Notes: a model not told the origin generated them from the letters alone. Positions 21,497-31,112 are shown, counted from the stretch's first letter. The stretch is DNA of 64,000 nt from Minisyncoccota bacterium (GCA_046350775.1 JAXLZS010000001.1:90441-154440); one strand, 5' to 3'. Made by a program: numbers and translations.

Positions 21497-21958
21497 TTAG
21501 TCTTTTTTAACAAGTGAATTTAAATGATTTATTACATTTGTTTGCATTTTATTTTTTTCTACATCACTATATCCGGATCTATTTATTAAGTCCGTCATTA
21601 TTGTAGTTATGGTTTGCATTGATTCTTCATCGGTTTTATACATATTATCAAAAACTCGGTCATTTATTTTTCCATTTTTATCTGTATAAAAATATTTATC
21701 ACCTTTATCAAAATTTACCCCAATATCTTCACCGTCTCCAGAAATAGATGTAGATAACTTATATATATCTTTTATCTCTCTAGCCTCACCTAAAGACGGG
21801 ATAATTTTTATAGGATTTTCTGTAAGTTTTTCTTTGTATTTAGATTCCAATCCTTCTATTATATGTCTATTATTTTTTGATTCCAAATCTTGTTTTTGTT
21901 TTTCAAACTCAGGATCACTTTCTTTTACTTTTTGTTTTATCTTAAAAAATTCAAGCAT
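21497..21958 (-). CDS. Hypothetical protein (start reassigned to ATG 21958)
   Basis: ORF MLEFFKIKQK...; upstream extension is AT-rich promoter sequence. Confidence 0.6.
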   Translation of the reverse strand: MLEFFKIKQKVKESDPEFEKQKQDLESKNNRHIIEGLESKYKEKLTENPIKIIPSLGEAREIKDIYKLSTSISGDGEDIGVNFDKGDKYFYTDKNGKINDRVFDNMYKTDEESMQTITTIMTDLINRSGYSDVEKNKMQTNVINHLNSLVKKD

Positions 21959-22117
21959 ATTTTTATTAATTATTTTTATATTTTTATTATATAATATTAT
22001 CATTTCAAATGTTTATTGACAAATATTTTTAATATTTTATATAAATTATTATTTTGAGATGGAATATTCTTAAAAATAAATTGTATTTTTTCATGCTAAA
22101 ATGTAAAATAAAAATAT

Positions 22118-22735
22118 ATGCACCAAAGATCCAAAATACAAACAAAATCAGATTATAATTCCAAAAAAATTATAAGATTAATTTTTGCTATAGCTTTTGT
22201 ATTTGTGATACTAGGCTTTATATATTCTCTTAGTAATTTTTCCAAAAGTTATAAATTTAAATTCAATTTTTTAAATAAAAAAGTCGTCGTAGACGACAAT
22301 CTTGGTCCTGCTTGGATTTTGGATTCTAAAAATCTATTGACTACAAAAGATGGTCATGAGATATTTGTGCAAATAGCTTCATCATCTAAAGATCTTGCAG
22401 ACGGTCTTTCTTTTAAAGATAAGTTAAAATTTTATGAGAGAAAAGGAAAAATTACAACTGAAGGTATGTTGTTTGTTTTTGAAGAAGAGATGGTTCAAAG
22501 TTTTTGGATGAAAGATATGAATTTTGATCTTGATATGATTTGGCTTGATTCAAATTATAAGATAGTCCATATAGAAAAAAATACTCTAGCAAGCTCTTAT
22601 AATCCTACAGATACATCTTCATCCAGATTTTTTACCAACGGACCAGATCATTTAGCAAAATATGTTCTTGAAATAAACTCTGGATTGTCAGATGAAATGG
22701 GTCTAAAAGATGGAGACGTTTTGGTTTTTAATTAA
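22118..22735 (+). CDS. DUF192 domain protein
   Basis: GLS, GMLFVF, FWMKDMNFDLDMIW, YVLEINSG. Confidence 0.9.
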   Translation: MHQRSKIQTKSDYNSKKIIRLIFAIAFVFVILGFIYSLSNFSKSYKFKFNFLNKKVVVDDNLGPAWILDSKNLLTTKDGHEIFVQIASSSKDLADGLSFKDKLKFYERKGKITTEGMLFVFEEEMVQSFWMKDMNFDLDMIWLDSNYKIVHIEKNTLASSYNPTDTSSSRFFTNGPDHLAKYVLEINSGLSDEMGLKDGDVLVFN

Positions 22736-22806
22736 TAAAGTCAAATTTTTCAAATAATTTATCTTTCTTTTTTAGTCTATTTTATGCTATATTTTAATAA
22801 ATATAT

Positions 22807-24594
22807 ATGCAAAATATAAGGAATTTTTCTATTATTGCCCATATTGATCACGGAAAGTCTACTTTGGCTGACCGTCTTTTAGAGTTTACCCATACAGTAG
22901 AAAATAGAAAGATGAAAAATCAGGTACTAGATTCTATGGATCTCGAAAGAGAAAGAGGTATCACTATCAAGATGACACCTGTCAGAATGGAATACAAAAA
23001 TCACATTCTAAATCTGATTGATACCCCGGGACATATCGATTTTTCTTATGAAGTTTCTCGTAGTTTGAGAGCTGTAGAAGGGGCTTTGCTTTTAGTTGAT
23101 GCTACTCAAGGAGTACAAGCTCAGACTCTCACCACTCTTGAAATGGCCAAAAATGCCGAATTGAAAATCATTCCAGTTATCAATAAAATTGATTCACCGA
23201 TAGCTGATTTAGATGGAGTAAAAGAGCAAATTATAAAATTACTGAGTGTAGAAGAAAAAGATATAATTTTAGTATCAGGAAAGACTGGTGAAGGAGTGGA
23301 GATTTTATTAAACAACATCATAGAAAAAATACCTTCACCCAAAATAGAGCCTATAGAAAAAAAAGAAAATAGTAAATCTTTTCGTGCTCTTATTTTTGAT
23401 TTTGAATACTCAAATCATGAAGGTGTGATTCTTTATGTCAGAATTTTAAATGGCACAGTAAAAAGAAATGATGAGCTAGTTTTTCTAAAATCTAAATATA
23501 GATTCTTGGTAAGAAGTGTAGGAATATTTAAGCCTGAAAAAGTTGAAAGTAAAGAATTGGAAGAAGGGCAAATCGGATATATTGTGACAGGTATAAAAGA
23601 GCCTGGAGTAGCGAGAGTTGGGGATACTGTCACTACATTCGCTCATCCATTATCAGCTTTTGCTGGGTATGAAGAGCCTACACCACTTGTTTTTGCTTCT
23701 GTTTATCCGGAGACACAAGACGAATTTGATGATCTTCGTAGTAGTTTGGGAAAATTAAGATTGTCAGATTCTTCTCTGACTTTTGAAGAAGAGGCTAGTG
23801 GCGCGCTTGGTAGAGGCTTTCGTTGTGGATTTTTAGGAATGCTTCATCTTGAGATAGTCACAGAGAGACTCCGAAGAGAATTTGACCAGGAGCTCATAGT
23901 TACTCAACCTTCTATCACATATGAAGTAGAAATGCGTGATCACTCTATAGAAAAGGTTTATACGCCTATACATTTTCCAGATCATGGACAATATTTATCA
24001 GTCAGAGAGCCTTGGATTTTGTTGACCATCATAGTACCAAATGATTATCTCTCCAATATGATGCAGCTCTTTCAAAAGCACGAAGGTGATATTGTTGATA
24101 TGACTGATTGGGGAGAGGGAAGGGTGAATATTCATTTATCTATGCCACTTCGTGAGCTCATGAGAAATTTTTTTGATGAATTGAAGTCTGCTTCTAGTGG
24201 ATATGCGTCTATCTCTTACAAGATTGGAGAGATGAGAGATGCTAGTGTTACAAGGCTCGATATATTGGTAGCAGAAGAAAGGGTGCCAGCATTTTCTAGG
24301 GTTGTGGCTGAATGGAGAGCTAATGAAGAAGCGGAAGAGGTAGTAGAAAAGCTTTACAAGATTCTGCCTAGAGAATTGTTTAGAGTAAAAATCCAAGCTG
24401 TGATAAAAGGAAGAATCATAGCCTCAAGAAGTATTGCTCCTATGAAAAAAGATGTGACAGGATATCTTTATGGAGGAGATATCACAAGAAAGATGAAGCT
24501 GCGAGAAAAGCAAAAGAGAGGTAAAAAGAGAATGCAAGAATCTGGAAAAGTACGCATTGAGCATGACACTTTCTTAGAATTGATGAAGAAATAA
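22807..24594 (+). CDS. lepA: Elongation factor 4
   Basis: NIRNFSIIAHIDHGKSTLADR, GFRCGFLGMLH, YGGDITRKMKL. Confidence 0.97.
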   Translation: MQNIRNFSIIAHIDHGKSTLADRLLEFTHTVENRKMKNQVLDSMDLERERGITIKMTPVRMEYKNHILNLIDTPGHIDFSYEVSRSLRAVEGALLLVDATQGVQAQTLTTLEMAKNAELKIIPVINKIDSPIADLDGVKEQIIKLLSVEEKDIILVSGKTGEGVEILLNNIIEKIPSPKIEPIEKKENSKSFRALIFDFEYSNHEGVILYVRILNGTVKRNDELVFLKSKYRFLVRSVGIFKPEKVESKELEEGQIGYIVTGIKEPGVARVGDTVTTFAHPLSAFAGYEEPTPLVFASVYPETQDEFDDLRSSLGKLRLSDSSLTFEEEASGALGRGFRCGFLGMLHLEIVTERLRREFDQELIVTQPSITYEVEMRDHSIEKVYTPIHFPDHGQYLSVREPWILLTIIVPNDYLSNMMQLFQKHEGDIVDMTDWGEGRVNIHLSMPLRELMRNFFDELKSASSGYASISYKIGEMRDASVTRLDILVAEERVPAFSRVVAEWRANEEAEEVVEKLYKILPRELFRVKIQAVIKGRIIASRSIAPMKKDVTGYLYGGDITRKMKLREKQKRGKKRMQESGKVRIEHDTFLELMKK

Positions 24595-24610
24595 AATATA
24601 ATATAAATAA

Positions 24611-24647
24611 ATTAAAAACTGTAGATTTTAAATCTACAGTTTTTAAT
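24611..24647. terminator. Bidirectional terminator, near-perfect palindrome
   Basis: ATTAAAAACTGTAGATTT-T-AAATCTACAGTTTTTAAT. Confidence 0.75.
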
Positions 24648-24656
24648 CTCGGTTTA

Positions 24657-24767
24657 TTAAGCTCTTAAAAGAGGGATAAGTAAGAATCCTATCATAGCTA
24701 TAGCCATCAATATGGCCAAGACTCTGTATATTTTATTCACGGTTTTTTTATGGTGACTTTTAAACAT
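24657..24767 (-). CDS. 36-aa small membrane protein (not in ORF track)
   Basis: MFKSHHKKTVNKIYRVLAILMAIAMIGFLLIPLLRA*; upstream TGATATACT box; converges on the lepA terminator. Confidence 0.65.
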   Translation of the reverse strand: MFKSHHKKTVNKIYRVLAILMAIAMIGFLLIPLLRA

Positions 24768-24869
24768 AAATTTATTTTATTTTACTTAGTATATCATTTT
24801 CATCATCTTTTTAAAAGCCAAAATGACATTATTTTTTTATGCTAAAATATCTAAATACAGAGCATAAAT

Positions 24870-25250
24870 ATGAAAAAATATAAACAAAGATTTTTATGGA
24901 GGAATTTGTTTTATTCTAACTTTACTATTGTTTTTATTTTATTTCTACTTTTCTTTTTGATAAATGGACTATATAAGCTGTATATAAAGTATGAATTTAC
25001 TAAAAATGATTTAGCTTCTGTCTCTAAAGATATGCAAGAAGAGAAAGATAAGTTGATTTTGACTCAAAATAAATTTAATAATATAAATACAGAGGCTGGA
25101 CGAGAAAAATATATACGTGAGACTTATTCTGTAAAAAAAGCTGGAGAAGAAGTAGTTGTGGTTTACAATAATCCCTCATCTACTTATCCGATACCAAGAA
25201 GTGAGACTTTTTGGGAAACTGTTAAAAAATTTTTCAAAAATTTGTGGTAA
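24870..25250 (+). CDS. Septum formation initiator (FtsB/DivIC-like)
   Basis: TM helix, coiled coil, EKYIRE.Y...K.GEEV. Confidence 0.75.
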   Translation: MKKYKQRFLWRNLFYSNFTIVFILFLLFFLINGLYKLYIKYEFTKNDLASVSKDMQEEKDKLILTQNKFNNINTEAGREKYIRETYSVKKAGEEVVVVYNNPSSTYPIPRSETFWETVKKFFKNLW

Positions 25251-25315
25251 AAAATATTCATGCTATACTATTTTTATAAATAGGATATTATAAAAAATTA
25301 AAAATAAGCAAAAAT

Positions 25316-25564
25316 ATGAGCGATACAAAAAAAATAGAGATTTTTAGTACACCAACTTGCCATTTTTGCCATTTAGCTAAGGAGTGGTTTGCTGAAAAAA
25401 AGCTTGAATATGTAGAGTATAACGTAGCATCTGATCTTGATAAAAGAAAAGAAATGGTAGAAATGACAGGTCAATTAGGTGTGCCAGTTATAAAGATAGG
25501 AGAAGATGTTTTAATTGGTTTTAATCCAAACAAGATGGCGGAAATCTTAGCTGTAACAGTCTAA
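25316..25564 (+). CDS. Glutaredoxin/NrdH-like redoxin
   Basis: STPTCHFC, GQLGVPVI, IGF. Confidence 0.92.
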   Translation: MSDTKKIEIFSTPTCHFCHLAKEWFAEKKLEYVEYNVASDLDKRKEMVEMTGQLGVPVIKIGEDVLIGFNPNKMAEILAVTV

Positions 25565-25656
25565 AATTTATAAGATTTATAAAATAAAAACCTATTGAAA
25601 ATAGGTTTTTATTTTTGGAAAAATTTGGGTTTTATGATATTATGTATTTATCCCTT

Positions 25657-25729
25657 GCCGAGATAGCTCAGTTGGTAGAGCATTTCCCTGAAGAGGAAGG
25701 GGTCGCCAGTTCGAGCCTGGCTCTCGGCA
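25657..25729 (+). tRNA. tRNA-Phe(GAA)
   Basis: GCCGAGA/TCTCGGC acceptor, CT GAA GA loop; no CCA. Confidence 0.96.
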
Positions 25730-25740
25730 CAAAATAAATA

Positions 25741-26034
25741 TTATTTCTTTACATTATTTATAAAGCTTTTAATATTTGCTACATCGGTCAAGTTATCTAT
25801 TTTACTAGATATGCTAATAATTGTAGTCTTTAGACCATTAAATTCATTTATTATAGATATAAAAGGATATTTAAATATGTATAAAATACCCCAGGCCGCA
25901 GCTATTATAAATGTCCAATAAGCTATCCTGAAACCCATAGTTAATTTTTGATTTTTTCTTATTTTTTTTAGTAATTCATTATTTTCTTTTGCCACTTTTA
26001 GAATTTCTTCTAGTTCACTTTTTTCTGGGTTCAT
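25741..26034 (-). CDS. Hypothetical single-TM protein
   Basis: ENNELLKKIR followed by a TM helix. Confidence 0.7.
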   Translation of the reverse strand: MNPEKSELEEILKVAKENNELLKKIRKNQKLTMGFRIAYWTFIIAAAWGILYIFKYPFISIINEFNGLKTTIISISSKIDNLTDVANIKSFINNVKK

Positions 26035-26063
26035 ATATTTTAATTTAAGTATATTATAACATG

Positions 26064-26135
26064 TGCTCTCGGCAGGAATCGAACCTACAAACCTTCCTTA
26101 GGACGGAAGAGTTATGTCCATTTAACTACGAGAGC
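26064..26135 (-). tRNA. tRNA-Arg(CCT)
   Basis: GCTCTCG/CGAGAGC acceptor, CTTCC-GT CCT AA-GGAAG; no CCA. Confidence 0.94.
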
Positions 26136-26223
26136 TAATTTGAGATAAATATATCACAAATTTGTATTTATTAAAAAATAAAACCTATCAAAATTTGACA
26201 GGTTTTATTTTTATTTTTTTAGA

Positions 26224-26727
26224 TTAGATACTTTTTACTTTTATTTTTGCTTGTCTTGCTTTATCTATTTTTGGTAGTCTGATTATTAAGAGTCCATGTT
26301 TTTCTACCGCTTCCACATTTTCAATTTCTATTTCGTGTGGAAGTAAAATACTTCTTGAAAATGATCCCCAGTACAATTCTCTATAAAAATAATCATCTTC
26401 TGATATCTGAGTATTTCCATCTCTTCTACCTTTGATGGTCACCATATCACGAGTGATTGATATTTGAAGATCTTCTGGCTTTACACCAGCGAGCATAGCT
26501 TCTATTATTATTTCATTTGGAGTTTGGTAGACATCGACTGAAAGTTCTCCATCTCCTTCTTCATATTCTTCTTCTGGTTGAATATTTGAAATAGTTCTTT
26601 CTGCTTCGTTAAATTTTTTATTACTTCTTCCTATTTCGACTTCCAGTTCTTCCTCTTCTGGATCATTATCTTCTACCATGACAGATCCAGCAAGTCTTTC
26701 AAAAAATGATTTTTTTTCTTTTGACAT
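26224..26727 (-). CDS. Small heat shock protein (Hsp20)
   Basis: VDVYQT, ELYWGSFSRSILLP, GLLIIRLPK. Confidence 0.93.
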   Translation of the reverse strand: MSKEKKSFFERLAGSVMVEDNDPEEEELEVEIGRSNKKFNEAERTISNIQPEEEYEEGDGELSVDVYQTPNEIIIEAMLAGVKPEDLQISITRDMVTIKGRRDGNTQISEDDYFYRELYWGSFSRSILLPHEIEIENVEAVEKHGLLIIRLPKIDKARQAKIKVKSI

Positions 26728-26795
26728 AATTTTAATAGTATCTAATTAATTTCTAAGATTGATTTAATTATAACTATTATTTTGATTTCTATCAA

Positions 26796-26844
26796 TAAAA
26801 AAGAGGGGAGTTATCCACAGAATGGATATTCCGCCTCTTTTTTT
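26796..26844 (-). terminator. valS terminator containing a DnaA-box 9-mer
   Basis: AAAAAAGAGG-GGAGT-TATCCA/TGGATA-TTCC-G-CCTCTTTTTT. Confidence 0.65.
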
Positions 26845-26860
26845 AAAAATAAAAATTATA

Positions 26861-29056
26861 TTAGCTTTGCCATTTTGTTATCAACAATAAATCGTCATTT
26901 TCATTTTTTATATATTTCCAAATTTCTTCTGTCACAAAAGGCATAAATGGATGAAGAGAGATAATTTGTTCCCTTAAAAGTATCAATAATAGATTTTGAG
27001 CTGATTTTTTATTTTCTGTATTATCCATTATTTCTTTTTTGCATTCTTCTATCACTATATCTGCAAATGTATGCCAGAAATAGTCATATATCTTTTCTCC
27101 TGCAAGATGCAGTCTATAATTTTCTAAATCTAAAGTTATATCTCTGATTTTTTCTTTCCAGTTATTATAAATAGCAAGATGATTTTCATTTAAATTTGAT
27201 ATATTTATTTCATCTTCTAAATCATTTGTTTTTTCTAATACAAATCTAGTAGCATTCCATATTTTATTTGCAAAATTTTTATAAGCTTTTATTTTATCTT
27301 CTCCTAATTTTAGATCGTTTCCTGGGCCGTTGCCTACTATCTGTGACATACGTAGAGCGTCAGATCCGTATTTGGATATCAAATCTCTAGGATCTAATGC
27401 ATTATTTAGTGATTTGCTCATTTTTCTTCCTTGAGCATCACGGACCAATCCGTGCAAATATGTAGTCTTGAATGGTATCTCATCAAGTGCGTATGTACTC
27501 ATCATGATCATTCTGGCTACCCAAAAGAATATAATGTCGTGCCCAGTCTCCAATAGATCTGTAGGGTGATACATTTCTAAATCTTTTGTTTTTTCTGGCC
27601 AACCAAGAGTAGAAAATGTCCACATGCCAGATGAGAACCAAGTATCTAGTGTATCTTCATCTTGTCTTATATTTGTATTGTTTTTATATTTATCTTCTAG
27701 AATTCCTACGCTTACTATATTATTCTCATTGTCGTACCACACAGGCACTCTGTGACCATACCAGATTTGTCTACTTATACACCAGTCACGGAGATTGTTT
27801 ATCCAGTGAAAATATACTTTTTCGAATCTGTCAGGTATTATTTTGAGACCTTTTTCTTCTACAGCTTCTAGCATTAGATTTTTAAGTGTAGTTTTTTTAT
27901 TAAAATGATCAAATTCTTTATTAACTGCTATGAACCATTGCAATTTTGGAAGAGGCTCTATGATTCCTCCGGTTCTCTCAGCAGTACTTACATTTTGTGA
28001 TATTTCTTCTTCTTTTTCTAGCAGATTGTTTTCTTTGAGCCAAGAGACAACTATTTCTCTAGCTTCCAAAGTTTTTTTGCCGTCAAGTTCTTCGTTACAA
28101 TTTATCATTTTTGCATATTCGTTGATGACTTGTTTTTTATCTAGACCATGTCTCTCTGCCATATCCCAATCTATTTGAGAGTGAGCAGGTGTCACACCTA
28201 GAGCTCCAGTACCAAATTCTGGATCAACTTCTTTATCGGCGATAATTTTTATTTTTATTGGAACATTACAAAAATTTGTCTCAAAAGTTTTTCCTACATA
28301 ATCTTTGTATCTAATATCGTCTGGATGCACAGCTACAGCAGTGTCTCCGACTTTTGTCTCTGGTCTGGTAGTGGATATAGTTATAGGAAAATCGTGATTG
28401 TATTTAAAAGTGTAAAGGGTCGCTTTTCTTTCTTCATATATTACTTCATCATCACTGATGACCGTCTGTCCTTTTGGATCCCAGTTTACTATTCTATTTC
28501 CTTGATATATTAGTCCATCATCATACATTTTTTTAAACATTGTATTTACTGCTATGTTTCTTTTTTCATCAAGTGTAAAAGCTATACGAGACCAATCTAG
28601 AGATGCTCCCATAGATTTGAATTGAGACAATATGGTATTTTGTGACTCTAAAGCAAAATCGTTTACTCTTTTTAATAAATCTTCTCTTCCTAAATCATGT
28701 CTATTTTTGCCTTCTTCTTTTTGTATTTTTTTTTCTACTACAGATTGAGTAGCTATGGCGGCGTGATCTGTACCAGGAAGCCAAAGAGCTCTTTTTCCAT
28801 TCATTCTATGGAATCTTATTACCGTGTCTTGTATTGACAGCATTAGAGAGTGACCAGTGTGTAATGTGCCAGTCACATTTGGAGGTGGAAGAACAATAGA
28901 AAATACTTTTTCTTTCCCATTTTCGTCTTTTACTATATTTTCTGATTTTAAATTATCAGGATTGAAATATCCCGAATCTATCCAATTTTGATATATATTA
29001 CCTTCCACTTCTTGAGGATTGTATGGTTTTAGAAAATTTTCTGGTACATTTTTCAT
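26861..29056 (-). CDS. valS: Valine--tRNA ligase (C-terminally short)
   Basis: PPPNVTGTLHTGH, PGTDHAAIATQ, DWCISRQIWYGHR, KMSKS. Confidence 0.96.
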   Translation of the reverse strand: MKNVPENFLKPYNPQEVEGNIYQNWIDSGYFNPDNLKSENIVKDENGKEKVFSIVLPPPNVTGTLHTGHSLMLSIQDTVIRFHRMNGKRALWLPGTDHAAIATQSVVEKKIQKEEGKNRHDLGREDLLKRVNDFALESQNTILSQFKSMGASLDWSRIAFTLDEKRNIAVNTMFKKMYDDGLIYQGNRIVNWDPKGQTVISDDEVIYEERKATLYTFKYNHDFPITISTTRPETKVGDTAVAVHPDDIRYKDYVGKTFETNFCNVPIKIKIIADKEVDPEFGTGALGVTPAHSQIDWDMAERHGLDKKQVINEYAKMINCNEELDGKKTLEAREIVVSWLKENNLLEKEEEISQNVSTAERTGGIIEPLPKLQWFIAVNKEFDHFNKKTTLKNLMLEAVEEKGLKIIPDRFEKVYFHWINNLRDWCISRQIWYGHRVPVWYDNENNIVSVGILEDKYKNNTNIRQDEDTLDTWFSSGMWTFSTLGWPEKTKDLEMYHPTDLLETGHDIIFFWVARMIMMSTYALDEIPFKTTYLHGLVRDAQGRKMSKSLNNALDPRDLISKYGSDALRMSQIVGNGPGNDLKLGEDKIKAYKNFANKIWNATRFVLEKTNDLEDEINISNLNENHLAIYNNWKEKIRDITLDLENYRLHLAGEKIYDYFWHTFADIVIEECKKEIMDNTENKKSAQNLLLILLREQIISLHPFMPFVTEEIWKYIKNENDDLLLITKWQS

Positions 29057-29158
29057 AATTTTAAATAATAGCTAGATTTTTCTTAGCTTGTATATCTATA
29101 GTATCATATTTTCTTTTTATGATAAAATGTTAAATATTTTAAAAACACATTATTTTTT

Positions 29159-29746
29159 ATGGAAATTAAGACAATTATAAGTATAGTAGCAGGGATTTTG
29201 GTTTTAGTTAGTTATTTTTTTTATATTAAAAGTATTTTAAAAGGCAAGTCTAGGCCTCATGTTTTTACTTGGGGATTGTGGGCCGTCATAGTATTTATAC
29301 TATTCTTATTACAAAGATCCTCTGGAGCAGGATTTGGAGCTTTGCCGACGCTTGTAGTCGCCATATTGTGTTTAGTAATTTTAATTTTAAGTTTAATAAA
29401 AGAAAGTAATAAAAATATCCGTACTGTAGATATAGTATTTTTAATTATTACAATTTTAGCTATACCTATCTGGGTCCTAGCCAAAGCGCCGATGATTTCT
29501 ACTATACTATTAATAGTGGTTTATTCATTAGCTGGTGAAGCTACTATCAGAAAGTCTTGGATAGATCCATATTCTGAGATCATCACTCTTTGGGCTATAA
29601 ATTCTCTCAGAGCTTTACTATCAATTTTTGCTTTATCTAAATTTAATTTTATTACTTTAGCTTTTCCAGTTTTAGTATTTTTATCAGCTACAGCTTTTGC
29701 TTTGATGTTGATCTTTAGAAGAAATTATCTTAAGTTTAAGAAATAA
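29159..29746 (+). CDS. Hypothetical multi-pass membrane protein (PQ-loop-like two-repeat)
   Basis: About 7 TM helices; YIKSILKGKSRPH..TW and TIRKSW.DP.SE repeats. Confidence 0.7.
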   Translation: MEIKTIISIVAGILVLVSYFFYIKSILKGKSRPHVFTWGLWAVIVFILFLLQRSSGAGFGALPTLVVAILCLVILILSLIKESNKNIRTVDIVFLIITILAIPIWVLAKAPMISTILLIVVYSLAGEATIRKSWIDPYSEIITLWAINSLRALLSIFALSKFNFITLAFPVLVFLSATAFALMLIFRRNYLKFKK

Positions 29747-29780
29747 TTGTGATAGAATAGTTTTCGATTAATAAAAATTT

Positions 29781-30317
29781 ATGAATACAAAATTAAAAAA
29801 GCAAGACAAGGTTTTAAAAAAAGTTTCTCCTTTAGCAAAAAATATTTCTAAAACTTTAAATAAAAATAATTCTAAAAAAATAAATGCCGCTGAAAAGCAT
29901 CATCTTCCAGATCATCATTTTAAAAAAGTCTCAGTAAAGAAAAGTAAATTTGGTCTTGGCCTTTTTGCTGGTGAACCTATTAAAAAAGGCGAGGTGATAA
30001 TAGAGTATATTGGAAATATTTTGACAGATAAAGAGACAGATAAGATAGCTGATAGTAGATATATTTTTTCAGTAAAAAAAGATTACAATATCGACGGATC
30101 ACCTAGATGGAATATAGCTAGATATTGCAATCATTCTTGTGACGGGAACGCTGAAAGTGAAGTGAAAAAAAATAGAGTTTTTGTAAGAGCAATAAAAAAT
30201 ATAAAAGAAGGTGAAGAGATAGTTTATGATTACGGTGAAGAATATGTGAAAGAAATTTTAATAGAGAGAGATGGTGGATGTGGGTGCGATGCAAAAAAAC
30301 ATTTGTATCATGATTAG
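29781..30317 (+). CDS. SET-domain lysine methyltransferase with Lys-rich N-terminal tail
   Basis: GLGLFA, IIEYIG, ARYCNHSC, GEEIVYDYG, post-SET GCGC. Confidence 0.93.
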   Translation: MNTKLKKQDKVLKKVSPLAKNISKTLNKNNSKKINAAEKHHLPDHHFKKVSVKKSKFGLGLFAGEPIKKGEVIIEYIGNILTDKETDKIADSRYIFSVKKDYNIDGSPRWNIARYCNHSCDGNAESEVKKNRVFVRAIKNIKEGEEIVYDYGEEYVKEILIERDGGCGCDAKKHLYHD

Positions 30318-30402
30318 AAAATAAAAAATAAAATTTAAAAAAATTTTCAAAAATATTTTTTATAAATAAAAAAGTTATCCACAAAAATTTTTTAAAAAAG
30401 TA

Positions 30403-30431
30403 TTGTATAAATTTTTTTTGAATGAGATAAT
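30403..30431 (+). promoter_or_regulatory. Sigma70-type promoter of the Lys/Ala micro-ORF
   Basis: TTGTAT-17 bp-(TGA)GATAAT; DnaA box TTATCCACA at 30375-30383. Confidence 0.55.
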
Positions 30432-30512
30432 TATATTAAGAGAGGCAGACCGAAGGTCCAAGGTCAAAAAATTAAAAGCGCACTCTCTAGTATTAAATAC
30501 TAAATAAAAAAT

Positions 30513-30602
30513 ATGGCAGCAAAGAAAAAAGCAGCAAAGAAAGTTGCAAAGAAAGCAGCTAAGAAAACTGCAAAGAAAAAAGCAGCTAAGAAAAAAAAGT
30601 AA
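30513..30602 (+). CDS. 29-aa histone H1-like Lys/Ala micro-protein (not in ORF track)
   Basis: MAAKKKAAKKVAKKAAKKTAKKKAAKKKK*; varied synonymous codons (GCA/GCT, AAG/AAA); own promoter and terminator. Confidence 0.8.
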   Translation: MAAKKKAAKKVAKKAAKKTAKKKAAKKKK

Positions 30603-30617
30603 TTAACTTTTTATCTT

Positions 30618-30661
30618 AAACTAGAATCCTCTGCGTCTCCCACGACAGAGGATTTTAGTTT
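30618..30661 (+). terminator. Strong hairpin terminator after the micro-ORF
   Basis: AAACTAGAATCCTCTG-12 nt-CAGAGGATTTTAGTTT. Confidence 0.75.
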
Positions 30662-30740
30662 GTCTAATTTTTGCTATAATATAGGTATTATTAGTTAATT
30701 TATAGGATTTATAAATAAAGCATTAAAATATAAACAATTT

Positions 30741-31097
30741 ATGAATATAAAAGTAAAAGGTGGTGAAATTGAAATAACAGAAGCTATTCGTGATTATGCG
30801 GAAAAGAAAATTGGTGAAGCTTTAGAAAAATTTAATAGTCAAAATTTGTCAGCAGAAGTTGAGCTCGGCAAGACTACTAGCCATCATCAACACGGTGATA
30901 TTTATAAGACTTCTGTCATCGTACATGGATCTCATAAAAATATCTTTGTTGATGTCATAAAAGATGATCTTTATGCATCTATCGATGAAGCTAAAGAAAA
31001 ATTAGAAAATAAATTGGCTGATGCGAAAGATAAAAAGAAAACAGTTTCTCATAAACTTGCTTTAAAATTTAAAAATCTATTTAAAAGAGATAATTAG
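30741..31097 (+). CDS. hpf: Ribosome hibernation factor (HPF/RaiA)
   Basis: MNIKVKG..IEITEAIRDYAEKKI, DDLYASID. Confidence 0.9.
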   Translation: MNIKVKGGEIEITEAIRDYAEKKIGEALEKFNSQNLSAEVELGKTTSHHQHGDIYKTSVIVHGSHKNIFVDVIKDDLYASIDEAKEKLENKLADAKDKKKTVSHKLALKFKNLFKRDN

Positions 31098-31112
31098 AAT
31101 ATTTTTATTTAT

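Noticed and set aside
30513-30661. Lys/Ala attenuator leader peptide controlling hpf
   Set aside because: No antiterminator overlap with the ORF was seen, hpf has its own TGCTATAAT box after the terminator, and no amino-acid biosynthesis genes follow.
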